Shown here: positions 1-17,265 of the stretch, one piece after another
Position numbering within the stretch: the first letter of the stretch is position 1
How the letters are laid out: the number at the start of each line of letters is the position of its first letter
The notes under the pieces: model-generated
The model's input: the letters and a program-made list of their open reading frames with translations, nothing else
Databases searched by the model: none
Told to the model about the DNA's origin: nothing
Program-made: the position numbers and the translations under genes
DNA from: the human T2T-CHM13v2.0 reference genome, Homo sapiens
Length of the DNA: 64,000 bases
Direction: 5' to 3' (one strand)
NCBI RefSeq assembly: GCF_009914755.1
Contig: NC_060937.1

Positions 1-13
1 GGGCACGTGACGC

Positions 14-140
14 AGGGCGCGGGGGAGGCGGGGCGCGGGGGAGGCGGGGCGCGGGGGAGGCGGGGCGCGGGGGAGGCGGGGCGCGGGGGAGGCGGGGCGC
101 GGGGGAGGCGGGGCGCGGGGGAGGAGGAGGAAGGGTTCTG
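14..140. repeat. GC-rich 16-bp tandem repeat (GGGGCGCGGGGGAGGC, about 7 copies), G-quadruplex-prone
   Basis: Unit repeats directly at the window start; may continue upstream. Confidence 0.9.
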
Positions 141-516
141 AGTGGACGCGGGGACTCCATGCCACGCGGAGGGCAGCCGCTCATGAGGCGGGGTGTGGGG
201 GAGGAGGAGGAAGGGTTCTGGAGTGGCTTTTCTACTCCAGAAGTCTCCCCGATCCTGAAAGAAAATCTAGACAGGTGGAAAAAAGAGAAACATGTCCAGA
301 TAGTGTCTTCCACATTAATGGTCTCCCAAGCTCTGAGGAAGCCCAATGAGTTGAACAGTTTCTCATAAGCTTGCGGGTCCCTGTCAGTGCTTCTGAGATG
401 CTAAAAACGCCAGGCTGTGGGCTGCGTCACCATGTGTCTCCTCTTTAATTTCTTCAGGAGCTCCAGGTGATAAGCTGCCACCTCCATCCACAATGTGGAC
501 ATCAGAGGATGCAGCA

Positions 517-705
517 TGCTGTGGTTTGAATGTGTCCCTATAGTGCACGTGTTGGAAACTTAATCCCAAGGCAACAGTGTTGAGAGGTGGGACCTTTAAG
601 ACGCATTCATTGTCAGAGCCCACGTGAATGAATTGATACCACTATTGTAGGAGTGGGTTCGTTATTTTGGAATAAAAGGATGAGTTTGGCCCCCTTCCTC
701 TCTCC

Positions 706-738
<33 letters not shown>

Positions 739-906
739 CGCGCATCCACCTTCCACCATGGGATGACGCAGCAAGAAGGCCCTCGCCAGATGGGGGCCCC
801 TGGACCTTTGATGTCCCAGCCTCCAGAACTGTAAGAAATAAATTTCTGTTCTTTATAAATTACCCAGTCTCAGATATCCTGTTACAGCACCACAAAGTGG
901 ACTAGA
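517..906 (+). mobile_element. MaLR LTR (MST/MLT1A-like)
   Basis: TGCTGTGGTTTGAATGTGTCCC start; CCAGCCTCCAGAACTGTAAGAAATAAATTTCTGTTCTTTATAAATTACCCAGTCTCAG 3' end. Confidence 0.75.
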
Positions 907-1755
907 CCACACTCTACTCTGTGAATCTAAGACGCACCATTATTGATGAACCTGAAAGAAAGAGCATATACCCAAATTAGCTGTGGGTCAGCTCAGCCTG
1001 GAGGCAAGAGGGGGAAGCTCAGATAATCTAAACCACAGGCCAGCCAGGAACCAGCTTTGCAATACATTTACACTATTCACATGGGCTCCCAAAACTCACA
1101 CAAAAAAATGTATTTAAAGGGATTGCAAAGTGGCAGTGCCCCCAGGGGGCAACATAAAGCACAACCCCTTTCAGGAAGAACTCGGCCTTGTCCAGGCTGA
1201 CATTAGAACATTGGCTGTAGGGAACAGGCCAATTCAGAGATGTTGAAATCTAAAACATAGGTCCCAGAGTTGATTGAACAGGTATTTAAATAGGGACTGC
1301 GGCAAGATCTAAGTATTCAATGACCAGGTTCTCCATAGGCTGCTCATTTCAGGTTCCACACAAAGTTGTGGGGTCAGTTGATTTAAGCTGGGGACCCCCA
1401 CAGAGGACACCCCAACATCTGAAGGACACGACAAAGACCCCAAAGGAAGGAAGATTCTCCTCAGGTATACAGAAGGAAAGTAAACCAGTCAATGGAAAAA
1501 GTGTCCCAATGTTGGTTGGTTTGTTTTTCAGAACAGAAGAGGGTGACAGAAGAACGATTATTCATATGAGAGATGAGGAAGATGAGCAGAACGAGGTGAA
1601 TCTTAATGTTTGGACAATTTATTATTGTAGAATTTTTGGTCCAAAGGTGGTATCTTTGAGAAGGCAGATGAGAAAATTAAATCACCACATACAACACGGT
1701 CAGTCCACGTACAACACAGTCAATCACAGCTGTGGCCTCGATGTTGATGCCTTCC

Positions 1756-2096
1756 TGTATTAGTCTGTTCTCATGTCACTGTGAAGAAATACTTGAGACT
1801 AGGTAATTTATAAAGAAAAGCGGTTTAATGAACTCACAGTTCCACATGGCTGGGGAGGCCTCAGGAAACATAATCATGGCAAGCAGGCACCTCTTCACAG
1901 GGTGGCAGGAGAGAGAAAATGTGTGTCAATCACAGGGGGAAGCCCCTTATAAAATCATTAGCTCTTGTGAGAATGCACTCACTATCACAAGAACCACCTC
2001 CATGATTCAATCACCTCCACCTGGTCCTGCCCTTGACCTGTGGGGATTATTACAATTCAAGGTGAGATTTGGTTGGGGACACAGAGCCAAACCATC
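1756..2096 (-). mobile_element. THE1/MST LTR
   Basis: TGTATTAGTCTGTTCTCA...GAGATTTGGTTGGGGACACAGAGCCAAACCAT is a reverse-oriented THE1/MST LTR. Confidence 0.75.
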
Positions 2097-2400
2097 CCCC
2101 AAAACTCACGTTGAAACCTAACCCCCTGTGCAATAGTACTAGGAGGTGGGGCCTCTGGGAGGCACTCTGCCTTCATGGATGGATGACTGCCCTCCCAAAA
2201 GAGGCTCCAGGGAGCACCCACATTCCTCCCTTCCACCATCCAAGGACACGTCTATGAATCATGGGCCGTCACCAGACACTGAGTCTACTGGAGCCTTGAT
2301 CTTGGACTTCCCATCCTCCAGAACTGTGAGCACTACGTTTCTGTTTATCGTAAATTACCCACTCTAAGGTGTTTTGTTACAGCAGCCCCAACAGACTAAA
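2097..2400 (+). mobile_element. MLT1-like LTR fragment
   Basis: CCTTGATCTTGGACTTCCCATCCTCCAGAACTGTGAG...TTTTGTTACAGCAGCCCAACAGACTAA. Confidence 0.65.
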
Positions 2401-3390
2401 ATGGTCCATGAGGGAAGAGGTTGTAGCTCAGATACCCATGTCAGGCATATAGGATGTGCTTAATTAACACTTATTGATCGAATGTGTATGTCCCTGTCTG
2501 CCTTTCCATTTTTAGGCAGCTATTGATGGTTTTTAAACTATCCAGCAGAAGTATTTTTAATGTAAATTTCCATGTGGGAATACATTTTCACACAAAAAAA
2601 GGCACCTTTTCTTAAGTGAAGGCCACGTAGATTGCCAGGCTGGTGCAATTCACCCAAGAGCTATCCTATACAATCAACTTCTGGCTTTCAAATTATTTTA
2701 ACTCACTCACTAAAGATAAACTTTATTTTCTTTTCCCAGCTTTTTAAAGCAAACTTCACAACTTCAGTGTATTTGCGGGCATGCCCTCTTAATCAAGGGT
2801 GTCAGCTTCTTAGTTTTCTTCTGTTCCCACTTTAACAAAATTGTATTTAGAATCCTTTCATTGAGTTTTGCCACCTTTGAGTGTCATTCAATCGAACAAT
2901 ATCTATATGCTGACAATGCTGTCATTTCATCTGTTACCACCTGAATCTCCACTGTGAGTCCCAGCTTCTCGGATGCCCACTCCTGTCTCCACCTGGACAT
3001 CCCACAGACACCTCAAATTTGCCAAACCTCGCTTCCCTCTGCCCTCCTGGAGCTTGGCCGTCTCAGCACACGCACTGCCATCCTCCCAATCGCTCAGCCC
3101 AAACCTTGGAGCCGTGCTGCCCGACACAATTCATCATGAATCCCATCAGCTTTCCCTTCCTGAAGCATCCAGACTGCAAACGTGCTTCCTGCTGCATGGC
3201 TGCACCCTCACCCCCTCCTGGACTAGCCGGCAGCCTCCCTTTTGACTTCTCTGGAATGTTCTGTTCTCCACACAGCAGCCCAGTGATCCCTTCAGAGCAC
3301 AAATCTTTCCATGTCAATTCCTGTTCCCTCCAATATCTTCCCAACACAGTGAAAATGAAACACCAGGTTCTTACCTCAGGCTTCAAGGGC

Positions 3391-3749
3391 TGATATGGTT
3401 TGGCTGTGTCCCCACCGAAATCTTATCTTGAATTGTAATCCCCATAGTCCCCACGTGTCCTGGGAGGGACCCGGTGGGAGGTAATTGAATCATGGGGGTG
3501 GTTTCCACCATGCTGTTCTTGGGATAGTGAGTGAGTCTCAAGAGATTTGATGGTTTTATAAGGATCTGGCATTTCCCCTGCTTCAGTCATTCTCTCTGCT
3601 GCCACCCTGTGAAGAGGTGCCTTCTGCCATAATTATAAGTTTCCTGAGGCCTCCCCAGCCATGTGGAACTGGGAGTCAACTAAACCTCTTTTCTTAAATT
3701 ACCCAGTCTTGGCTATTTCTTCATAACAGTGTAAGAAGGGACTAATACA
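3391..3749 (+). mobile_element. THE1-family LTR
   Basis: TGATATGGTTTGGCTGTGTCCCCACC...GGACTAATACA termini. Confidence 0.85.
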
Positions 3750-3764
3750 CAGGGCCTACATCTG

Positions 3765-3920
3765 AAAGCAGCAAACGACAACCCTGGGGCCAAATCTGGC
3801 CCCTTAATAGCTCTTATAAATAAAGCTTTATTGGCACACAGCCAAGTGTTCATTCATGATTGTCTATGCTGCCTCTGCTACAATGGTGCTGAGCTGTAGT
3901 GACAGACACTATTTGGCCCT
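3765..3920 (+). mobile_element. MER58-like hAT DNA transposon remnant
   Basis: GGGGCCAAATCTGGCCC...AAATAAAGCTTTATTGGCACACAGCCA resembles the MER58 consensus. Confidence 0.55.
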
Positions 3921-4328
3921 TCCCCGCTTTCTCCCTCCTCCCTCCCTCCCTTCCTTTTCTCCCCTTCCTTCTTTCCATCCTCCTGCTTTCCCTCCCTCAC
4001 TCCCTCCTGTCTCTTTCCCTCGTTCTTTTCTGTGTATTCCACACACACCTAGAACGTAAGCTGCATGTGACTTTGTCTGTCCCGCCCAGTGCTGTGTCCC
4101 CAGGGCCTATCTCACCTCCATTGACCACACACGGGCATGGGTGCCACCTTCCACCTTGCACCTGCTGCCTTTACCTTCTGTTCTCTGTCTCCCTAAATAT
4201 CTCCCAGGGTCCTCTGAGCCTTCACCGTTCATTTCTCTGCCTGGCCTCAAACAGAAAACGTCAGGAGGGAAGCACACAGCTGCACAGGTCGTGCCCCGAG
4301 GCTCCTGCTGCCGGCACCTCCCCCAGCC

Positions 4329-4337
4329 TGGACTTTG
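4329..4337 (+). promoter_or_regulatory. PROZ: HNF4A-type site in the PROZ proximal promoter
   Basis: TGGACTTTG (= CAAAGTCCA) 39-47 nt upstream of the ATG; TATA-less promoter of a liver-expressed gene. Confidence 0.7.
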
Positions 4338-4375
4338 GCTGTGTTTGTAGCCCTGTCCCAGCACTCCGGGTGGGA

Positions 4376-4445
4376 ATGGCAGGCTGCGTCCCACTGCTCC
4401 AGGGCCTGGTCCTGGTCCTCGCCCTCCATCGTGTGGAGCCCTCAG
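4376..4445 (+). CDS. PROZ: PROZ exon 1 (signal peptide MAGCVPLLQGLVLVLALHRVEPS)
   Basis: ATG at 4376; donor G|gtagg. Confidence 0.97.
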
Positions 4446-4913
4446 GTAGGCATCTGGCTTACCTGTCTGTTGTGCCTGTGCTGTGTCTTTCTTGACTCGG
4501 TCCATGGTGGATTTGTAGATGAGGCTTTTTCCAGGAGCCAGAGGAGCCCTGAGTGCCCAGACTAGTCTTAATTCCCCTGAAAAAGCTGTTTGGATCTTTA
4601 TCATTTGGTGACAAGTATTTGGGACATGATAGTGTCACTTGGGGTCCTCCCAAGAGATGCCCAAATGGAAAGAAGCCTGTGTGCAGGGGATTCAGCCGGG
4701 AAAGGCCGGGGAGAGGGGAGGGGGAAAGGGGGAGGAGTGGGGGGAGGCCTGGGTTGGGCATTGGACGAGGGGAGGGGGTGGGGCAGGCTGAGCCCAGACT
4801 GCAATGTGGGCAGAGAGAGCCTTGGCCAGGCCAGCCAGGAATGCCCAGTCTTGAGTCAGGAGACATAGCCAGGGAGCAGCCACCCTGCCTGCCTGCCACC
4901 CTTCTACCACCAG

Positions 4914-4979
4914 CCACTTCACTGAAGGAACGACATGGACTCCATTCTGACTCTGCCTGCACAGGCGTCCAGGAAAGCT
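4914..4979 (+). CDS. PROZ: PROZ optional exon Ib (22-codon insert ATSLKERHGLHSDSACTGVQES)
   Basis: cag| acceptor, 66 nt, non-canonical T|gcaagt donor, preserves phase 1; matches my recall of the long isoform. Confidence 0.8.
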
Positions 4980-5728
4980 GCAAGTCAAAACACCCAGCAT
5001 CCCCGCTGGCCCCATGGTCTCCCGCTGGCCCCATGGTCTCCCACCCTGAGAGGGTGATCCCCCCGCCCTGCCCTGCCCAGCACTTACCGTAGCCGGACTT
5101 AGCTGAGCCCCCCCTGCTGTAACCCTCAGCACCGAGAGAAAAGGAGGGAGGATGGGAAGGGCCTGGGCTTTGACCCTCCCGGAGAGGGAGAGAACATGCT
5201 TTGGGACCCTCAGGTGGGAAGAGGCTCCAGAGACCACTGCCGCGGGTCAACTCATTTGCCTTCTCCTCCTGGAAATCGCAGAGCCTGCTGCAATGTATAA
5301 GTTTCTTCTTTATGTGTTTTATCAAGATGTTAAATGCTGCGCACAGAGGCAGCACAGGAGCTGATGGCTCTTGGTCCCCAGTTCTCAGTACGGGGACCTT
5401 TGACCCCAGCTCAGCCTTCCTTCGCACTCAGACCCAAAACCCAGTTGGAGCCCTCCCTCCTCCACTTTCCTGACTGAGGCCCGTGGCCTCTCTGCAGAAC
5501 CTTAGTGTATCCGCACTGATCCTGGGGCTGATCCATTCGCCCAGAGGATGAAGTGCTTGCCTACCTCGGGGGAGGGAGTAGCGGGGTGGCCCTGAGGCCC
5601 TCGCAGGCTGAGAGCCTGTGGAGACGGACGGGGCTGGGGCTGGCGGCCGGCCGGGGAGGAAGCCAGGCAGCTCTGGAAAGCAGGGCCCTCGGTGCTCCCA
5701 GTCACCTGCCTTCTTGTCTCGTCTGTAG

Positions 5729-5892
5729 TATTTCTCCCGGCCTCCAAAGCAAACGACGTTCTGGTGAGGTGGAAGCGTGCGGGCTCCTATCTTCTGGAAG
5801 AACTCTTCGAGGGAAACTTGGAAAAAGAATGTTATGAAGAAATCTGTGTCTATGAAGAAGCAAGAGAAGTGTTTGAAAATGAAGTAGTCACT
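5729..5892 (+). CDS. PROZ: PROZ exon 2 (propeptide + Gla domain)
   Basis: VFLPASKANDVLVRWKR/AGSYLLEELFEGNLEKECYEEICVYEEAREVFE; tag| and |gtatgt. Confidence 0.98.
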
Positions 5893-6662
5893 GTATGTAC
5901 CCCCACCACAAACCACAGGCCTCCTCATTATTTAGACTTCTGCTGGCCCAGGGAGCATCATTTCTCAGAGATTAAGCTTAATTAATTAGCCTATTTACTT
6001 ACCGATGAGGTTGACACAATCCCAGTTTTACAGATGAGGAAACAATTTAGAGAATCGACTTAATCCACCTTTCCCTACAGCAGTGAGTGGGGCTGGAAGT
6101 CAGCTCAGAGCCCACTGGACTCATTTCTTCAGGTCAGGCAAGGCCCACACACTGATCAGACACCCAGCATACATTTTCTTTCTAGGCTTCAAGTCTGAAT
6201 AATTCTCCTAATTTTAGATACTCCTACCCCAAACTAAGCGTCCCCACTCCCTACAGAGGTATATATCTTTAAAATTCAACTCGGTTTATAAAAAGCGAAA
6301 AGGTGATGTGACTTCTATATCATGTGCTTTTGTGGAGGGTGGCGTGGAGATTGGCCCTAGAAGGGAAGGGCCACGTTAGGGGCTGTGGGTGGTGGGTTTG
6401 TGCCATGTCATAGACTCTGGCCTTCCTCAAATAGGTGGTGGTAAGCACATGTTGAGTAATATATCTTACAGATACATTTAGTTACTATACATTTAACATA
6501 AACAAATAGGCTGTAAAACAGGAAAATTGTGCATTGTTTCAACCACTATTGTCCTATTAAGTGAATAAAATCAACATTTTCTTACCTTCAAGTTCATCTA
6601 CAGGAAAGAATATAGAAAAACAAATATCCCATTTGTAACATTTTTATGTTTTAACTCTAAAG

Positions 6663-6687
6663 GATGAATTCTGGAGACGATATAAGG
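6663..6687 (+). CDS. PROZ: PROZ exon 3 (aromatic stack DEFWRRYK)
   Basis: 25-nt exon typical of Gla coagulation factors; aag| and |gtaagt. Confidence 0.95.
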
Positions 6688-7153
6688 GTAAGTGGTTTCC
6701 TTCGTCTCCTCAGAAGTATTAATTCCTCGGGATGAGGTGCGTGGGTGGGCTTAGGACGCTTCACGACCCCAGCTCAGCGGATGCCAAGCCTCTGGCTCCA
6801 GGACCCACGGTGTCTCTCCAGGGAAGGGCAGCTCCGACTCTCCCCAAGGACCAGGTCAGGAAGCCCCCGGGCTCTGCCACCAGGGCCACAGGCAGTGCCT
6901 GGTTTGTCTTGCCCAGTGTCTGGGTAGTTTCTTGGCACTCTGGGACATGGGCCACAGGCCAGGAGGGCCCCCCCAGAGCAGCTCCTCCAGCCGCCTGGCT
7001 CCTGGGCTCCTGGGAAGCCTCATGCTGCAGCAGGGTCAGAACTCGTCTCAAATTTTGGAAAGTCATGGCCCCGATGGAGACTTTGGTTAGGAGACTCCTC
7101 CCAAGGGAGGAGCTCTAGGTGGGCAACTGCAGAAGAGCATGGGACAGAAGTAA

Positions 7154-9181
<2,028 letters not shown>

Positions 9182-9639
9182 TAAATACCCGCCAAATGTC
9201 AGTGTCCATCATCGCCAACTACAGCAACAAGCGTGCTCCGCTCTCAGCACCACTGGTCAACTTGGAGCCCGTTTCTCTGGGGAAAACCTTCCTCCCAGCC
9301 GAGCCCTCTCCTCCGAAGTCCAGATTTCTGCTCCATCTGCCTCCTTGATGCCCCAGCTAATGCCTTCACAGACACCCCAAATTTACCACGTACCAAAGGG
9401 GGCTTTGACCTTCACCCACCATGTGCCCCTTTCTTAATCTTCTCCCTCTTGGTGGAAAGCCCCCATCCCAGCTGCTCAGCCACCACCGATGTCACACTAA
9501 CCCCCTCCCATCCCACGTCCCCTCCTTGAAGAAGCAGCAATTTAAAGGGAATAGCCAATGCAAGCCGGCAGACAAAACAGGCGCGTGGATTAGTCCATGT
9601 GGAAAAAGGACAAATAGAAGTGTCATCACTCATGGAGTC

Positions 9640-9952
9640 TTTTTTTTTTTTTTTAATTTTTATTTTATTTTTGAGATGGAGTCTCGCTCTGTCGCCAGGC
9701 TGGAGTGCAGTGACGCGATGTCAGCTCACTGCAACCTTTTGCCTCCTGGGTTCAAGTGATTCTCCTGCCTCAGCCTCCCGAGTAACTGGGACTACAGGCA
9801 CGCGCCACCACGCCTGGCTAATTTTTGTATTTTTAGTAGAGATGGGGTTTCACCATGTTGGCCAGGCTGGTCTTGATCTCCTGACCTCGTGATCCGCCCA
9901 CCTCGGCCTCCCAAAGTGCTGGGATTACAGGCATGAGCCACCGCGCCCGGCC
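9640..9952 (-). mobile_element. Alu (S/Y type) with TSD TCACTCA(T/C)GGAGTCTTT
   Basis: Full dimer, poly-T, flanking duplication. Confidence 0.92.
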
Positions 9953-10026
9953 TCACTCACGGAGTCTTTGTTCTACATGCACATTCCTGAAATACGGACA
10001 TGTGGGAAACACTGACACAGAGGACA

Positions 10027-10145
10027 ACGATCTGAAGAGAATGAGAACACATGGACCAACACACCAGATCTCTTGTGTGCAAGGCTGTGATAAAATGAAC
10101 ATGGACCAACACACAGAACTGTGTGCAAGGCTGTGATAAAATGAC
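10027..10145. repeat. Short direct duplication (ACATGGACCAACACAC...TGTGTGCAAGGCTGTGATAAAATGA x2)
   Basis: Two copies about 50 nt apart just upstream of exon 5. Confidence 0.7.
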
Positions 10146-10188
10146 TATTTCCAAGCTAGCATTTCCTTTTTTTTTTTTCCCTTTTCAG

Positions 10189-10320
10189 CTAAAAATGAAT
10201 GTCACCCAGAGCGGACTGATGGGTGTCAACACTTCTGCCTCCCAGGACAGGAATCCTACACGTGCAGCTGTGCTCAGGGCTACAGGCTTGGTGAGGACCA
10301 CAAACAGTGTGTGCCCCACG
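10189..10320 (+). CDS. PROZ: PROZ exon 5 (EGF2)
   Basis: KNECHPERTDGCQHFCLPGQESYTCSCAQGYRLGEDHKQCVPH; cag| and |gtgagt. Confidence 0.97.
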
Positions 10321-10728
10321 GTGAGTGCTCAGACCACAGCGGCCTCCAGCTTCCAATGCCAGCGACCCCGTCCACATCCTCCTTCCTTCTGTAGTACTGG
10401 GTGAAGCCCGCGGATTTGTGATAAGCAGTTGCCACGACTCAGAAGGTGGTCCGCGTCTCCACGCTGGAGCAATGGCCATGCTAGAAAGTGCAGTTTCTGT
10501 CACTAGTGCTTGCTCGGACTACTCTGAGCTAAACCATGAGTGCTGTGAGGGGTGGTTTAACTCCAGTCTGTGTGTCTGTGAATTACTGCACATTCATCAG
10601 CATTAAGGATAAGATTATAATGGTTAGTACCATAGACGGAATTATGCAACGGTTAACACCATAGACAGAGTCCGATATTCGCTGAGAAGGCGCTGATTTT
10701 TATTCTCATGTTGCTGCCGCAAATGCAG

Positions 10729-10796
10729 ACCAGTGTGCCTGCGGGGTGCTGACCTCTGAGAAGCGTGCACCGGATCTACAGGACCTCCCGTGGCAG
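10729..10796 (+). CDS. PROZ: PROZ exon 6
   Basis: DQCACGVLTSEKRAPDLQDLPWQ; cag| and |gtaaca. Confidence 0.96.
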
Positions 10797-11204
10797 GTAA
10801 CAGAGCGCTCTCCGCGTGCTTCAATTTATTGTTATGACTTTCACCTCACTTGTCATTTCCTAAATAGAAATGTTGACAACTAAGTGAATCAGGCATCCTG
10901 ACTTTGATGGGCTACTGACTGCACTGACCAACCTCTATTCACACTTCCAACCATGTTCTAATGCCGAGTTCATAACTAATACAAAAGGACAGCATTATTT
11001 ACAGCCCCCAAGACCTTTCCTCTGCAGTTCCAAACTGTTACCAATGTCATTTTCTCAGAACATAAGCATCTCAAAATCTCTGCTCTCGGCTGCTGGCCTG
11101 GCATTCTAGCTTTGTTACTTTGTTCACTAAATTTCTCTAGTTTGGCATTCATTTTTGTTCTCCTTTTCCCCTCCTTGGCTGGTTTAGAAGTTAACCATTC
11201 ATTT

Positions 11205-11506
11205 GTTTTTGGTTTGTTTTTTTTGAGATGGAGTCTCAATCTGTCACCCAGCCTGGAGTGCAGTGGTCCAGTCCCGGCTCACAGCAACCTCTGCCTCCTG
11301 GGCACAAGCGCTTTCCCTGCCTCCACCTCCTGAGTAGCTGGGATTACAGGAATGTGCCACCACGCCCGGCTGATTTTTATATTTTTAGTAGAGACGGGGT
11401 TTCACCATGTTGGACAGGATGGTCTCGAATGCCTGACCTCAAGTGACCCACCTGCCTTGGCCTCCCAAAGTGCTGGGATTACAGGCGTGAGCCACCACGC
11501 CTGGCC
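11205..11506 (-). mobile_element. Alu (S type)
   Basis: Full reverse Alu. Confidence 0.9.
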
Positions 11507-11817
11507 TCATCATTCACTTTCTGTTTACTTAATGGTCACTCTTGACACATAAACATCCATATTTAGCACAAGTAGTCAGCTATTTCTCCCTCCTCAGGCT
11601 AATTCCCAGCACCTCATTCTGGGTCCATTTGCTGTCTGGCCAGTATTTTATTCTTTTCTTGCTTTCTGTATATCTTCACAAAATAGATATTACGATTTTT
11701 GTTATTATGGTTTTATACCACCCACACTGGCTTTGATTTACTTACCTCATTTTCCACTTTCCTTGCCTTTCAGGCCTCTAACACAATTATCTCCTGCCTG
11801 AGTATATCCTTCAGAAC

Positions 11818-12075
11818 AGCCTTGTCCAATAGAAATGCAGTGTAAACCACATAATTTAAAATTTTCTAGTAGCCACAATAATGTAAGTAAAAGCATGTGA
11901 AATTTGGATATTTAACCCAATATGTGTCATTATTTCCCCATGTAATGAATATAAACATTATTGAGGTTATTTGCCTTTTTCCTTTACACTGAATCTTTGG
12001 AATCTGGTGTGAATTTACACTGAGGTGCAGCCCTCGTGTCCACAATGCTCCGTACCCGAGTGTGGCTGCCGTGTG
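11818..12075. mobile_element. MER33/MER3-like DNA transposon remnant
   Basis: TGTCCAATAGAAAT...AATTTTCTAGTAGCCACA motif. Confidence 0.5.
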
Positions 12076-13189
12076 GATGGCACAGCCTCAGGGGCCCCCC
12101 TTGTGAGTAATAAGCCCCTGAGGTTTCTGTGTGTGACACCCGTCAGTTTCACCCGACTCTTACAAGACAGCTGTGCCCAGCCCACTCATTCTGGCAGTTG
12201 TGTGGACTGGCAGAGAACAGGATGGAGCTCAAGGACTTGAAGCCACCCAGCTCCAAGGTGGAGAGGAAGAAACCGAAGGGAGGCAAAGCAGACGGAGTGA
12301 TGGAAGGCGGGGATGGAAGCGGGAATGGTCTATCACCAGCTTTGCAAACTTCCTCTCAATCTTTTATCACTTTTCCTGCCCAAGCTTTCTAAGACAGTTC
12401 TTCCTATCGCTGTCTGCCCCATGAGTGCGCTGAGGGTCGGTACTTGGGAGGCCCAGAGTGCAGTGGTCCTCCATAGGTAGTGACAGGGTCTGGCTCTACC
12501 ACCTGCAGGCTGTCTCCAGCTTCCCAGCTTACCCAAGGGAAGAGAGGGCGCGGTTCTAGTCTGCAACCGTAGCACTCATACCAGCAAGGCTAAGAGCCAT
12601 ATAACCAGGGAGGAGGCATTCTCTAAACACAGCTGGTGTGTTTAAGACAGAGGACACTGACTTAGGCAGGCTACATACTATTAGATTTTTTACTTCAGTA
12701 TTATAAATTGTTCTGAAGTTATTTAACTGAATATATGGAATTTTCCTAAAACAAACTTTGAAAAGGAGAATAATTAAGTGACCTAGCAGGACATAGGGTT
12801 GAAGATTATCTTTAGAACTTCCTTGTTTCTTACATCCTAGGGAAGAAGTATCACTAAAAGTCTGGCAGACTGATGGCGCAAGTGCCGTCTTCTCTCGAAC
12901 TTGGTTTTATCCCCTTTAAAGTGAGGATCTCACCCCTAGAGGTGCAGTGAGGATTACAGATAACGTTCTTGACTTATGGTAGGTATTCAACAAGTGGCAG
13001 CTATTATTCATAAACACATGAAGAGTTCCAGGAACGACGCCACGGTAAAGTTGGAAAAACACTTTCTCACTTGGCTCAGCATTTTGCATTAGACGGTTGA
13101 AAACTGCAACACTTAACACTTCCAGAGCCAGTACCCGTGCTATGTGGGCACATGCTTTATTTCATTTAATCTTTCAAACAACTTCTCGT

Positions 13190-15850
<2,661 letters not shown>

Positions 15851-16084
15851 GGAAGTGCCGGCCCCATTTAATCCCTAAGCAAACAAAAGCTTAGACTGTC
15901 AACAATTCGTTAACAATCCTGTACCATTTGAGTGCTGGGGCAAGAATCAAATACGGCTGTCTGCCTTTGGCGGGGGGTGGGGGTGGGGGTGGGGGGGTGG
16001 TCCATATCCCTATCCAGTAGACTTTACTGCCCCTAATCCTGCAAATTGTCACCAGCTATTTATTGTCTGTTTTGATTTTTAAAG

Positions 16085-16202
16085 GTAAAGTTAACAAATT
16101 CCGAAGGAAAAGACTTCTGTGGTGGTGTTATAATACGGGAAAATTTTGTACTGACAACAGCAAAATGTTCACTGTTACACAGGAATATTACTGTAAAAAC
16201 AT
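16085..16202 (+). CDS. PROZ: PROZ exon 7 (protease-like domain N-part)
   Basis: VKLTNSEGKDFCGGVIIRENFVLTTAKCSLLHRNITVKT; aag| and |gtaagt. Confidence 0.97.
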
Positions 16203-16499
16203 GTAAGTATTTTATCATGAGTTTTTATAAAACCACATTGGAAATACACTATCCTATGTAAGAATGAAATGACAAATTTAAAACTGGACTGTTTCTAATG
16301 CAACATAGAACTGAATTTACTGTCAATAAAACTGAGATACTTATCAACTCAGGAAGCATATGTAAAATACCAGCAGAAGCCTGGGCCCAGCGACAGGCAA
16401 GTGCTAACTCACACTCGGCAAGGGAGGAAATCACAGCCTACATAAGGATGACTTCATTTCCCACTGAAATTGAGCAGTTGTGGCATAAGAGATGGATAA

Positions 16500-16919
<420 letters not shown>

Positions 16920-17265
16920 TAACGTGAAAACCACTTCTCAACAGCCAATGTTTGACTGGCCTGGAGACGTTCCACATCACTGCTTCCTGCTTTTTAATCA
17001 TTTCACCACACCCCACTGCACTCCAAAACAGAAGAACTAACCTTGACTGTTTTTAAAGGCTGTGGCACTTGGTTGCAATCGTGCAATCTGTGAGTGGCCT
17101 TTCTGTCCGCAGAAAGGCACAGTGTCCACACCACGGGGCGGTGAGCCTGCGGGTCCTCCAGGGCCGGTCTCTCCCTCCTCACGTGGCTCCCTGAGAAGCT
17201 CGTTTGAGCATTATGTCCCCTTGAAAATCAGACTGTAAAGAACTGACGATTGTTCATGATTTCAG

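Noticed and set aside
1320-1763. 147-aa ATG ORF upstream of PROZ
   Set aside because: No recognisable homology, ends inside an LTR, probably old repeat-derived DNA
4459-5427. 322-aa antisense ORF over PROZ intron 1
   Set aside because: GC-rich low-complexity sequence with no recognisable domain
9599-9892. ORFs with [13 protein letters not shown] motifs here and at other Alus
   Set aside because: Standard antisense Alu translations
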